NCBI GenBank assembly: GCA_964496765.1 | Contig: CAZCAP010000006.1 | Location: 6,959 to 38,958, forward strand | Source: an uncultured archaeon | GTDB taxonomy: Archaea; Iainarchaeota; Iainarchaeia; Iainarchaeales; CSSED10-239 | Direction: 5' to 3' | DNA: 32,000 bases | Shown: positions 1-10,638 of the stretch, piece by piece | Layout: each line of letters opens with the position of its first letter | Position numbering within the stretch: position 1 is the first letter of the stretch | The notes under the pieces: generated by a model | What the model saw: the letters and a program-made list of their open reading frames with translations, nothing else | The model's database searches: none | What the model was told of the DNA's origin: nothing | Translations under genes and position numbers: made by a program

Positions 1-112
1 TGATACCCATTGTTTGTTTTGATTGTCGAGAGAGGCCACCAACCTTGTGGGCCATATTCTTCATATAATGTAGAATATAGTTTTGAAATTAATTTATTTT
101 TCATAAATAAGT

Positions 113-946
113 TTATTTAAGTTTATGACTAGAATGTGATATGGTTATTCCAAGCTTCTTTTTTATGTTTTCTTTTGAAAAGATTTCTTCAACTTTTTTT
201 TTTGCAATTTGTCTTGTGCTTTCTTTCTTTATAACCAAAGGATCAGAATAATGTTTAATATAATTTTTCTTAAGTTGAACAATGTATTTTCTAACTTCTT
301 TTTTAATTTCTTTAATTAGATCAAAATCAATACCATCAGAAGTAATAGAACCTGTTTTTTTTGGAGGAGTTAAAATCCTATGATAAGATTCAAGAACAAT
401 TTTTTTACTTCCTCTACGATTATATTGATACACATCCAATGTAACTGGATCAAGCAAAAGATTATGCCAACCCTCTAGTCCACCAAATTTTTTATGAAAA
501 TAACGTTTTCCAATATCTGCTTTTGCAAGAAATACTTTTTCAGTACCATTAAGCTCAGCTTTTACAAAAAAAATAGACTTAAGCTTTAATGCACGTAGAA
601 AATCACCATAGGTGTTTTCACATTTTACTTGATATATTTTATTTATGATTTTTGTATTTACTAATCCTGAATCAATTCTTTTTGCTTCTCTTATCAAATT
701 AATTTTCTTAAGATCTTTTTGAATAGTAAACTCATATTCAATAACCTTTGAAAATATTTCAAACTTATTTACATCAAACTTATTTAAATAATGTAATAAT
801 TCTTGTTGTTCATTTGATTTTAAATAGCTATAAATTTGAGATACGTAATTATCATATATCTGCATTTGCTGTGCATAGATCATTTCATGACTAATTAATT
901 CGCGTAATCTATTTACAATCTTTCTTCTAAATCCAATATAGTCCAT
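113..946 (-). CDS. hypothetical protein (277 aa)
   Basis: Long intact ORF with Lys/Ile-rich composition typical of this genome. No family recognised. Confidence 0.7.
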   Translation of the reverse strand: MDYIGFRRKIVNRLRELISHEMIYAQQMQIYDNYVSQIYSYLKSNEQQELLHYLNKFDVNKFEIFSKVIEYEFTIQKDLKKINLIREAKRIDSGLVNTKIINKIYQVKCENTYGDFLRALKLKSIFFVKAELNGTEKVFLAKADIGKRYFHKKFGGLEGWHNLLLDPVTLDVYQYNRRGSKKIVLESYHRILTPPKKTGSITSDGIDFDLIKEIKKEVRKYIVQLKKNYIKHYSDPLVIKKESTRQIAKKKVEEIFSKENIKKKLGITISHSSHKLK

Positions 947-1108
947 AATATTTCACGTTTATAAAATAAATATGAATCAATAATTATATAAATAGAAAGA
1001 GCCTAGGCTGAATAAGATAAAATTAATACTTTGAAAAATATCCAGACTGATAGCTGTACTTTAATAAAATTTAAAATAAAATTAGAAAAAAAATGACAAG
1101 AAAAAAGA

Positions 1109-1128
1109 GTGATATTTGTAGTTGTAAT
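1109..1128 (-). other. 3' arm of the putative 23S rRNA processing stem
   Basis: GTGATATTTGTAGTTGTAAT is the exact reverse complement of 4206-4225, which lies on the other side of the 23S gene. Confidence 0.75.
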
Positions 1129-1179
1129 TTGCACTATATTAGACAAACAAAGAATTGCATGCATTTATTTTTTGATATT

Positions 1180-4150
1180 TATTGATTTCCTCGGACTATT
1201 AGTATTAGTAGACTTAATCTCTCGTCGAAACTAGAAACTTACATCACTAACCTATCAAACCGGTCTTCTTCCGGAGTCCTTGTCTTCTCTTTCGAGAAGA
1301 ATGGCTGTCTCGTTTTAGGGACCGCTTCGTTCTTAGATGCTTTCAGAACTTATCGGCAACAGCGTGGCTACTGGACAGTGCCTTGTCAGACAATCCATAG
1401 ACTAGAGACTGCGACACCTCGTTCCTCTCGTACTAAAGGAATCTTCCCCTCAGACAACCTGCACAACCAAAAGATAGGAACCAAACTGACTCGCATCGTT
1501 CTTAACCCAACTAATGTACGGCTTTAATGAGTGAACACCTCCACCCTTGGCTACTTGTGCACAGCCAGGATGCCGTAAGCCGACAGCGAGGTAGCAAACC
1601 GCGGGGTCGATGTGAACTCTTACCCGCGACAACCCAGTTACCCCCAGGGTAAGTTCACTGTCAGACTAGGCCCCCATAAATAGGGACACTAGCGTTCGCT
1701 AAACCCAAGTTTCCTTCCAACGTTCCGTGCTTTTAGGAACATTGTTAAGCCTGCTTTTGGTTTTGTCCTCTACGACTGATTTCTGACCAGTCTGAGCAGA
1801 CCTTTGGACACCCCTGATATCCTTTCAGGGGTGTACCGCCCCAGTCCAACCACCAAATCAAATGCTGTCCGTCTCCAAGAGACGTAAGATGTATTTTTCC
1901 CACTAGATGGTGTTACATTGGTGTCTATCTACTCCCTAGCGAAAGTAGCTTAAGCGACTCCCATCTACGCTCTATAGCAAGAATAATACAACAACATCAG
2001 ACTGTGGTAAACCTCCGTGGGGTCTTATCCTCCCTTTGGTTGTCCGTGGCGTATTCACCACGAGTGCACGTTCACTAGGTCCAAACCAGGGACAGTGACG
2101 ATCTCGTTACTTCCTTGATGCAAGCCGACATTTAATCGGCAAGGTATTACGCTACCATGAGAGCCTCAGAGTTAGGCCCGCTCTTTACCAGCGCTTAGAT
2201 CAGTTGGAACTGATGTTCACGTACTAGCAGTGAGCAGAAGTCAGTGACTATACACACCGTTTCCGGCTAGCAGTCACCTGTGTTTTTGTTAAACAGTCGG
2301 ACCATCTTTGTAATTAAAACTTACAGTTTACATAACCGTAAGCACCCCTTGTACCGAAGATACAGGGCTAATTTGCCGAATTCCCTTGGTTTGGTTCTCC
2401 TATTACGCCTAAGCCTACTCAGCTAGGGACACCTTTCTCAGTTCTTGGTACGAGCAATAAAACACTGTATAGTTTTCTTTTCATGGGCCCTTGACGACAA
2501 TGAAAGGTTTCCCCCATTCGTACATTAATCTCTTTCTCATTATTACAATTCTCCAGAGATTTGTGGCACTTAGATATGAAGACTTTCATACTCCACCTTG
2601 CCAAAAGCGTTAAAAACTATACTTGCGTTGCCACACGTGCATTATTGGTACAGGAATATGAACCTGTTTCCCTTTCAGATGTTTTCGAGTTACGAAGATC
2701 TTTAGGATCGACTTACCCTTAGCTAAAAATTAGTGCTAAGGAACCCTTGCCCTTTCGGCGGAAATGATTCTCACATTTCTTTGATGTTACTGACACGAGG
2801 ATCCATATCTTTGACAGATCCAGTAGACGTTACCGCCTACCTTCTGCTCTATCAAAGCACCTATCTACCAGATCACAGATTATCTGTGCTCTACGATTTC
2901 GGCAACTAGTTTAGCCCCGTTAATTTTCAGGGCAAAATACCATAGATTGGTGAGCTATTACGCACTCTTTAAAGGATGGCTGCTTCTAAGCCAACCTCCC
3001 AATTGTATTTGGTAAATCACTCCTTTCAAGTTCACACTTAACTAGTATTTAAGGGCCTTAATCGTAGTTCGGGTTTTTTCCCTTTTGGAATAGAGGCTTA
3101 TCCCCCACCCCCTGCTCCGGCCTTCTAAGAAGAATAACAGATTCGGAGTTTGACAAGGAAGGTAAGAATTTCTCCCCAGTACTTCCTAATCAGTATCTCT
3201 ACCCCGTTATCATTCTCCAGCCAGGCTAACCTAAGAGTTATTTTGATAGGAGCCCGCTATCAGCAGGTTAGATAACCTTATCAGTCCTACACTCAAATCA
3301 CACAAACAGTTAGACTGGAACTGCTGCTGGCCTCCACCAACCAGACGGTCGGTTTCACCATGTTCAAGCGTTTATCACCTGCTTTCGGGTCTTGTTCATA
3401 TGACTAAAAGGCACATTAACACCTCTTGCCTGGAAATTTTGCGCAAAATCGGTTTCCCTATGACACAGTGACTTCATCACTTAATCTTGCCACATAAACA
3501 AACTCCCTCGCCCGTGCTTCTTGACGGACAGTATGACATTGATCAAACAGAACACGCTTATGCTGTTACCAACACTCACTTATTGTCTGTCTTCATTCCT
3601 TTCATGCCATACCCGAACTGTTGCTAATTAGTTTCAAGTGCTTTTAACCCCCCGCTAGGGGTACTTTTCAACATTCCTTCGCAGTACTCGTTTACTATCG
3701 GTCTTGTAATATATTTAGAATTAGCAGTAAATGTCTGCTGTATTCCTACGCGATATCCGACGCGCAGTACTCTCGAACAGTAGCAATCATCTATTGTCAC
3801 CTTATTTCTACGGGACCATCACCCTCTATGGTATATCTTTCCAGATAACTTCGATTTGAGTGCACTAGATGTAACTACCTCTTAACACCACATGTCTCAT
3901 ATATTACTATATGAGATTCGGTTTGTTCTTCACTGCTTTCGGTCGACCCTATTTACAGTATCACTATTGTTTTCTTTTCCTCTAGGTACTAAGATGCTTC
4001 AATTCCCTAGGTTACCCTCCAACCTCCTTTATGAGATTGGATAATTCAAGAATCTTGGGATCAAAGGCTGCATGCGCCTACCCCAAGCTTATCGCAGCTT
4101 GCCACGCTCTTACTCGGTTTACAAGCCAAGTTATCCACTAATTAGCTTAA
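1180..4150 (-). rRNA. rrl: 23S ribosomal RNA, full length; ends approximate
   Basis: Minus strand carries the sarcin-ricin loop (AGTACGAGAGGAAC, near 1424-1437) and a 5' region GTGGCAAGCTGCGATAAGCTTGGGGTAGG. The 3' region is TTTGATAGGTTAGTGATG. Total length is ~2.97 kb and the block is GC-richer than its surroundings. Confidence 0.97.
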
Positions 4151-4205
4151 TTGAAATCAAAGAAAATGCAAGAATTCTTATATTTGACGTATATATAGAA
4201 CATGC

Positions 4206-4225
4206 ATTACAACTACAAATATCAC
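4206..4225 (-). other. 5' arm of the putative 23S rRNA processing stem
   Basis: ATTACAACTACAAATATCAC is the exact reverse complement of 1109-1128. Bulged pairing continues inward. Confidence 0.75.
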
Positions 4226-4573
4226 AACTTCTTTCATCCTGTTTTAAGATAGTCAAAAAATGTTTGATATTAAAAAACAGTCAAAACCGCCTAATTACCT
4301 TACGGCCTGAAAAAACTCAGCGCGGTAATATAATACTGGAGTAGGAATGTTTAAAAAGGTATCTGCTGTTTCCCTCATAGATTTTTAGAGATTAATTAAA
4401 AGGAGCCTTATTAAACCTTTTTTTTAAATTTAAATAAATTTAAACCGTCTATATCAAACTAAATCCCAAAATTAACCTTTAAATATCTAATATAACTTAT
4501 TAAAGATATATAATAAAATTATTAAAAATTTAAATAGTAAACCCAGAGTTGTTTATCATAATATATTTTTGAT

Positions 4574-4996
4574 TTAAACTGCTCTAACAAACTTACATTC
4601 CTGATTAACTTCAACAAAATGCTTAACTTCTCCAGTTATACAACTTTGACATTGATTCTGTTCCTTATTATCAATTAACTTAACTCTTGGATTATGAACA
4701 ACATCACAGGCCCACCCTTCTACAATCTCATCAGATAAACAAGGACCTTCTGAAAGTATTGTTCCTTTACTTTGTTCTTTAATACATAAATTAACACAAT
4801 CAATGCTTGCTACTTCTTTATTAGCCATTAGATCATCAGGTAAAGACATATAATAACTATAAACTCCAGCTAAAATGATTAGGATTGCAACAAAAATATA
4901 CGCAGAAATAGGAATCTTTCTTTTTGGTTTTTTATTTGGGTCTAAATCTTCTTGCAAAGCACACCATCTCTTTTGATTTTTAACTAATATATACAA
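4574..4996 (-). CDS. hypothetical single-pass membrane protein with Cys-containing external domain (140 aa)
   Basis: One TM segment (IPISAYIFVAILIILAGVYSYY) followed by a domain with seven cysteines, including CVNLC and CQSC. Confidence 0.7.
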   Translation of the reverse strand: MYILVKNQKRWCALQEDLDPNKKPKRKIPISAYIFVAILIILAGVYSYYMSLPDDLMANKEVASIDCVNLCIKEQSKGTILSEGPCLSDEIVEGWACDVVHNPRVKLIDNKEQNQCQSCITGEVKHFVEVNQECKFVRAV

Positions 4997-5039
4997 AGAT
5001 AAGATATTTAAATAGATTTTATTATATAATTAAGTAACT

Positions 5040-5861
5040 ATGATTAAAAAAGTATCATTTATTATTGGATTAATTATATTTCTATACAGTATAATTACAG
5101 CAATTTTCTTTAATAATAATAGATTCTATGTATTCTTTTGCTTAGGATATTTACTTATATTAGATTACATAAACTATAAAACCCAAAAAAAATCCATACT
5201 AGAAGAATTAATTAAGTCTAAAAATAAGATTTATTATTTCCTTGCTGGTTCTCTATTGTTTGCATTTGCTGTAGATTATCTCTATGGAGTACTATTGTTC
5301 AATATTTGGATATGGAAGTATTATACAACCTTTAATTATATAATTTTATATACTTTAATTAATTTCTTTTTCATACTTATCTGCTATGAATTATTTGTTT
5401 TTGTAAAATACAAGCTAAAGAAAAAGATTAGGGGAAAAAAAATTAAACTAACCTACTATAAAAAAAATAAAATTCAAAACAAACTATGGTTATTTGGGAT
5501 ATTATTTTTAGTATTACCTTATTTTTATTTCGTGAATATAAGTAAAGGAACAGGAATAGTAATGGTTTTACCATTCATAGCCATATTACTATTATCGGAT
5601 TTATTTTTATCTAAATATCAAACCCCCTATATTCTTAGAATATTTAAAGATAAATTAACAATATTTACAACACTTATAACTACAATAATCTTGTTTATTA
5701 CACATGAATTAATAAATATATTTGGAAGGGAATGGGGTTATCTTAATTTACCCTTTAGACTTTTTTCAATTTATGGAGTTCCAATAAGTGCATTCCTTGG
5801 ATGGATACTATTAGTTCTATTTTGTGTATCTTTTGTTTCTTGGATTTTTGAGATTAAATAA
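5040..5861 (+). CDS. hypothetical polytopic membrane protein (273 aa)
   Basis: Intact ORF with about 8 hydrophobic segments. Family not recognised with confidence. Confidence 0.75.
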   Translation: MIKKVSFIIGLIIFLYSIITAIFFNNNRFYVFFCLGYLLILDYINYKTQKKSILEELIKSKNKIYYFLAGSLLFAFAVDYLYGVLLFNIWIWKYYTTFNYIILYTLINFFFILICYELFVFVKYKLKKKIRGKKIKLTYYKKNKIQNKLWLFGILFLVLPYFYFVNISKGTGIVMVLPFIAILLLSDLFLSKYQTPYILRIFKDKLTIFTTLITTIILFITHELINIFGREWGYLNLPFRLFSIYGVPISAFLGWILLVLFCVSFVSWIFEIK

Positions 5862-5918
5862 AATAGTTTGCTTTTATATTCCTTTCTTGACATAAATATA
5901 TCTAGAAAAGTGATATTT

Positions 5919-7118
5919 ATGTTAGTTGGAATTGTGGGTAAACCTAACGTTGGTAAAACAACCTTCTTTAAAGCTTTAACAATGATGGATGCTCAAGCAG
6001 CAAACTATCCATTTACAACAATAGACCCAAACAAAGGTGTTGGATTTGTTAGAAATAATTGTATAGATTCTCTTTTTAATACGCAATGCAATCCAAGAAC
6101 AGGCTTTTGTAAAAATCATATTAGATACCTATCTGTTGATGTTATTGATGTTGCTGGACTAGTTCCTGGTGCAAGTGAAGGAAGAGGATTAGGTAATAAA
6201 TTCTTAACAGACCTAAATCAAGCAGATGCTCTTATTCAGGTAATTGATATTTCTGGTGGAACTGATGAAGAAGGAAGAAGTGTAAAGGCTGGATCCTATG
6301 ATCCTTCTCTTGAAATTAAATTTCTTCTAACTGAGATTGAACAATGGTTATATGGCATATTCAAGAAAAACTTCGAAAAGCTTGGAAGAGAGCAAAAAAT
6401 GAGAAAAACAAAAACAGTAACTACTCTTATGTCATTTATGAATGCAACCCTTGGAACCAAGGAAGAAGATCTAGAAGAAATATTAATTAAGCTTAAACTA
6501 AAAGATAAAGAAATAATTGATTGGACAGAAGAAGAACTAATGATGTTCACAAGAACAATAAGAGAAAGATCAAAACCAATTATTATTGCTGCAAACAAGA
6601 TTGATGTTCCTGGAGCAAAAGACATTTATGAAAGAGTTAAGAAAGAGTTTCCTAACACCACAATCATTCCCTGCTCTGCTGAATCTGAATATGCACTAAA
6701 GGCAGCAGATAAGGCACATGTCATTGATTATCTTCCAGGAGCTAAATCATTTAAGCTATTAAAGGAAGATCTTTCAGATAAGCAAAAGAATGCTCTTGAA
6801 TTTATACAAAAAAATATTCTTGATGTTTATGAAGAAACTGGAGTTCAGAGTGTAATTGATAAGATTGTGTTTGATGTATTAAAATATATTGCAATATATC
6901 CAGGAGGAACAAAGGGATTAGGAGATAAGGAAGGAAATATTCTTCCTGATTGTTTTCTAATGCCTCCAGGAACCAAGGCAATTGATTTTGCTTACAAGCT
7001 TCACACTGACTTTGGAAAAAACTTCATAAAAGCAATAGATGTTAAAACAAAAATGCTTCTTGGAAAAGATCATCCATTAAAAAACAATGATTGCATAGAA
7101 ATAGTTGCTGGAAAATAA
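5919..7118 (+). CDS. ychF: YchF/OLA1-type (redox-regulated ATPase family) GTP/ATP-binding protein
   Basis: G1 motif GKPNVGKTTFFKAL, DVAGLVPGASEGRGLGNKFL, NKID and a C-terminal TGS-like region. The track ORF begins at 5868, but the ATG at 5919 (MLVGIVGKPNVGKTT) fits the family start better. Confidence 0.95.
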   Translation: MLVGIVGKPNVGKTTFFKALTMMDAQAANYPFTTIDPNKGVGFVRNNCIDSLFNTQCNPRTGFCKNHIRYLSVDVIDVAGLVPGASEGRGLGNKFLTDLNQADALIQVIDISGGTDEEGRSVKAGSYDPSLEIKFLLTEIEQWLYGIFKKNFEKLGREQKMRKTKTVTTLMSFMNATLGTKEEDLEEILIKLKLKDKEIIDWTEEELMMFTRTIRERSKPIIIAANKIDVPGAKDIYERVKKEFPNTTIIPCSAESEYALKAADKAHVIDYLPGAKSFKLLKEDLSDKQKNALEFIQKNILDVYEETGVQSVIDKIVFDVLKYIAIYPGGTKGLGDKEGNILPDCFLMPPGTKAIDFAYKLHTDFGKNFIKAIDVKTKMLLGKDHPLKNNDCIEIVAGK

Positions 7119-7126
7119 AGAGAATT

Positions 7127-7771
7127 ATGAAACAAGTCTATTTTGTTAAATCACTGGAAGATGATTTTGCTACTAAAACAGTTATTGGTAAGAAAAAAGT
7201 TAATTGCCAAACTATTGATAATATTATTAAAATCAACACCATTATTCCAAACACACTAAGCTTTGGAAGAATAAAAAGACTTGCATGTACTCTTCTTGAC
7301 AAAAACTATACAAAGACCTATCGTTCTCAAGGAATTATATTTCAAACAAAGCAAACCCCTAATTACATTGCTCCTTTTGATATAATATTATTAACAAATG
7401 CAAACAATATTGTAGTTCAATATTATAGAATACAGAATAATCTACATATTTATTATAATCATAACCTGATAAAAGGTGCTGAAAAATTTATATTTAAAGA
7501 CTTTACAAAAATGATTAAAAAACATAAAACACCAACAGATACATGGAAACAAATAAACAAATTCAGAAAAAAAAATGGATTTAAGGAACTTTCAAAATCC
7601 AAATTTAAACTTGTAGAATATAATGAAGCAATATTTCAAATGAAGGTTAAGATTAAGCCTATTGCTATTTTTGGATATAAACAAATTGCAAAAGATGTGG
7701 CTATAAAGCATCATCTCCCACATTATAAGTCCGCAAAGCTGTTTTATGAAAAAATAGTTGCTGGAAAATAA
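7127..7771 (+). CDS. hypothetical protein
   Basis: ORF directly downstream of ychF. The ATG at 7127 (MKQVYFVKSL) is preferred over the overlapping upstream ATG at 7091. Confidence 0.7.
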   Translation: MKQVYFVKSLEDDFATKTVIGKKKVNCQTIDNIIKINTIIPNTLSFGRIKRLACTLLDKNYTKTYRSQGIIFQTKQTPNYIAPFDIILLTNANNIVVQYYRIQNNLHIYYNHNLIKGAEKFIFKDFTKMIKKHKTPTDTWKQINKFRKKNGFKELSKSKFKLVEYNEAIFQMKVKIKPIAIFGYKQIAKDVAIKHHLPHYKSAKLFYEKIVAGK

Positions 7772-7781
7772 GCAACCATTT

Positions 7782-9983
7782 TTACAATTTTTTTCTTTTT
7801 AGAAGTAATGAGTTTGTTACAACACTCACACTGCTTAAGGCCATTGCTCCTCCTGCAATTATTGGAGAAAGAAGCCAACCTGTTGATAAATAAAGAACTC
7901 CTGCAGCAACTGGTATTCCAATTACGTTATAGAAAAGAGCCCAGAACATATTTTGTTTGATCTTTCTCATTGTTTGTTTTGATAACCTAATTGCTTTTGG
8001 AACATCCTGCAAATCACTTTTCATTAGAACAATGTTTCCTGTTTCCATTGCAACATCTGTTCCTGAACCCATTGCTATTCCAATGTCTGCCTGGGCAAGT
8101 GCTGGAGAATCATTTATTCCATCTCCAACCATTCCAACCTTGTACTTTCCATTCTCCTGGAGCTTCTTAACATAGCTTGCTTTGTCTTCAGGAAGAACTT
8201 CAGAAAACACATTATCAATTCCAACCTGCTTTGCAATAGCATTTGCAGTTCTCTTGTTATCCCCAGTAATCATGTATGTAATTATTCCTAATTTCTTAAG
8301 CTCGCTAACTGCTTTTGGAGATGATTTTTTAATTACATCTGCAACTCCAATAATTCCAAGAACTTTTTTTTCATCACTTAGCATCATCACTGTCTTTCCT
8401 TTGGTTTCAAGCTCCTGCATTTTTTCTAAAAACATTTTGTGTGGTATATTCTTCTGTGTCATAAGCTTGGTGTTCCCAAAGTAATAGGTTTTACTATTTA
8501 ATTTTGCAGTTATTCCATAACCTGATATTGCTTTAAAGTTTGTTGTATTTTTAAAACTTATTTTTTTCTCTTTTCCATAATTAACAATTGCTTCTGCAAG
8601 AGGATGCTCTGAATATTTTTCAATGCTTGCTGCAATTTCTAAAAATTGATTGTTTGTTATTCCTTTACTTGTAAGAATATCAGTAACAACTGGTTTACCT
8701 ATGGTTATTGTCCCAGTTTTATCAAATATCATGTACTTTAATTTATGCGCAGTTTCTAGGGCATCTCCACCCTTGATTAGTATGCCATTTTCTGCACCCT
8801 TACCTGTTCCAACCATTATTGCTGTGGGGGTAGCAAGCCCTAAAGCGCAGGGGCATGCAATAACAAGAACACCAACTGCAATTAGTATAGAGAACGCAAG
8901 GGTTTCACCCATCAATATATACCAAATAAGACCAGACACCAAAGCAATCCCAATCACAATGGGAACAAAATAGGATGAAACATTATCTGCAAACCTTTGA
9001 ATTGGGGCTTTCTTTCCTTGTGCATCCTCAACAAGCTTAATTATGTGTGCAAGAGTTGTATCTTTTCCAACTTTTGTTGCTTTAATTTTTAAACTTCCAT
9101 GCTTATTAATGGTTGCACCAATAACAAAGTCTCCTTTCTTTTTTTCTAGAGGTATACTTTCTCCTGTTATCATGCTTTCATCAATGGATGAAATTCCTTC
9201 TATAATTATTCCATCAACTGGTATTTTTTCTCCTGGTTTAACTAAAAAGACATCTCCAACCCTTAGATCCTCAACAGAAACAATTATCTCTTTATTGTTT
9301 TTAATTACAATAGCAGTCTTTGGAGACAAATTAATTAATTTTTTAATTGCATCACTTGTTCTGCCTTTTGCAATTGCTTCAAGAAGCTTTCCTAGCAACA
9401 CAAGAGTAATTAATATTATTGATATTTCAAAATATTGCATACTCCCTGGATTAAATAAAACATTGTACACACTTAATAGGTAGGCTGATAGGGTTCCAAT
9501 GGATACAAGAGTATCCATGTTTGCACTTTTATTTTTAAGTGCACCCCAGGCACCTCTATAGAATCCCCAACCAGCAATAAATTGAACTGGAGTGGCTAGT
9601 AGAAATAAAATATAATCCATGTATGGAACTTCTATGGAGAACCATCCTAGAAACATCATAGCTAGAGTTGGGATTGCAAACATTAGAGAAAACATAAATA
9701 ATTTTTTAAGCTTATTAAAATCTCTCTTTTTTTCTTCTTTTAGTTTATTTGTATCCTGATCCTGATTAATTAATTTCGCACCATATCCTCTTCCCTCTAT
9801 TGTTTTTATAATATCTAATGGAACAATTATTTGTTCATCATAGGTTATGGTTGCTTTTTCTGTAGTTAAATTTACATTTGATGAAAGAACGCCTTCTTTT
9901 TTATTTAGTCCGTTTTCTATTATTGTTGCACAGCTCGCACAATGCATTCCTTTAATTGATATATTAATCTCTTTTTTGTTCAT
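7782..9983 (-). CDS. copA: Heavy-metal (Cu+) translocating P1B-type ATPase
   Basis: N-terminal HMA domain GMHCASC, CPC metal motif ([15 protein letters not shown]), phosphorylation motif DKTGTIT, HP motif (SEHPLAEAI), [10 protein letters not shown], and C-terminal YN...MALSSVSVV residues typical of Cu+ ATPases. Confidence 0.97.
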   Translation of the reverse strand: MNKKEINISIKGMHCASCATIIENGLNKKEGVLSSNVNLTTEKATITYDEQIIVPLDIIKTIEGRGYGAKLINQDQDTNKLKEEKKRDFNKLKKLFMFSLMFAIPTLAMMFLGWFSIEVPYMDYILFLLATPVQFIAGWGFYRGAWGALKNKSANMDTLVSIGTLSAYLLSVYNVLFNPGSMQYFEISIILITLVLLGKLLEAIAKGRTSDAIKKLINLSPKTAIVIKNNKEIIVSVEDLRVGDVFLVKPGEKIPVDGIIIEGISSIDESMITGESIPLEKKKGDFVIGATINKHGSLKIKATKVGKDTTLAHIIKLVEDAQGKKAPIQRFADNVSSYFVPIVIGIALVSGLIWYILMGETLAFSILIAVGVLVIACPCALGLATPTAIMVGTGKGAENGILIKGGDALETAHKLKYMIFDKTGTITIGKPVVTDILTSKGITNNQFLEIAASIEKYSEHPLAEAIVNYGKEKKISFKNTTNFKAISGYGITAKLNSKTYYFGNTKLMTQKNIPHKMFLEKMQELETKGKTVMMLSDEKKVLGIIGVADVIKKSSPKAVSELKKLGIITYMITGDNKRTANAIAKQVGIDNVFSEVLPEDKASYVKKLQENGKYKVGMVGDGINDSPALAQADIGIAMGSGTDVAMETGNIVLMKSDLQDVPKAIRLSKQTMRKIKQNMFWALFYNVIGIPVAAGVLYLSTGWLLSPIIAGGAMALSSVSVVTNSLLLKRKKL

Positions 9984-10041
9984 AAATTCCCTCTTTCATC
10001 ATATTAGCATATTATTTTGTTTAATTAAAGATCAATTGATT

Positions 10042-10596
10042 TTATTGCCCACATCCACATCCTCCTGTTGATGGTGGACTTGTTTCTTTCGCATTTAAGA
10101 TTGCTGCTTCTGTGATTGCATTTGTTACACCCTCAGAACTAACTGAGAAGAAACCTCTTCCCATGTTCATTGAGCATGCAATTAGAAAGGTTCCTTCCTT
10201 ATTAGGTGTAAACTCAATTATGTTATCTGTTGGAGTAACATATTTTCTAACACCGAAATCTCCAATAACTACACTTCTCATACACCCATCAACAGTTTCA
10301 GTATCCACTGTGATTTTTACAGGAATACCCTTCTTCAATGTATTTGGGGTAAGCACATATTCATAGTTTTCAAACCTCAAAATTGCTGTTTGTGTTTCTT
10401 GTTTTGCATTTAATTGACTAGTGTTTGATAAAGTTGTAGAATTTGATAGAGTATTGGTTGTGTTTGTTGTACTATTGTTTGTGATTGTTTTTGATGGAGT
10501 AGTGAATGCATAGGCAGATATAATTCCAAAAACTACAATTATTGCAATAACTACTAAACCCAAAACTAGAGTTCTTTTCTTTTCTTTTTTTTCCAT
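10042..10596 (-). CDS. Membrane-anchored cupredoxin-domain protein
   Basis: N-terminal TM. Domain ending EFTPNKEGTFLIACSMNMGRGFFSV resembles archaeal cupredoxin-like copper sites. C-terminus is GGCGCGQ. Located inside the copper operon. Confidence 0.8.
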   Translation of the reverse strand: MEKKEKKRTLVLGLVVIAIIVVFGIISAYAFTTPSKTITNNSTTNTTNTLSNSTTLSNTSQLNAKQETQTAILRFENYEYVLTPNTLKKGIPVKITVDTETVDGCMRSVVIGDFGVRKYVTPTDNIIEFTPNKEGTFLIACSMNMGRGFFSVSSEGVTNAITEAAILNAKETSPPSTGGCGCGQ

Positions 10597-10638
10597 AGTT
10601 TATTTCTCCTTTTTAATTAATTATTCTTTTTTTATTTA

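Noticed and set aside
1450-2604. Track ORFs 1450..1632 and 2419..2604 as proteins
   Set aside because: They lie entirely within the 23S rRNA gene; fortuitous ORFs.
1180-4150. Intron or intein-like insertion in 23S rRNA
   Set aside because: Overall length (~2.97 kb) fits an uninterrupted archaeal 23S and no homing-endonuclease ORF is present inside.
4072-4344. Plus-strand 90-aa ORF 4072..4344
   Set aside because: It is antisense to the 23S 5' end and runs through the processing stem and leader. No coding character.
7957-10366. Plus-strand ORFs antisense to copA and the cupredoxin gene (7957..8175, 8182..8484, 8650..8973, 9043..9483, 9847..10071, 10112..10366)
   Set aside because: They mirror strong, motif-verified genes on the minus strand and have no recognisable domains.
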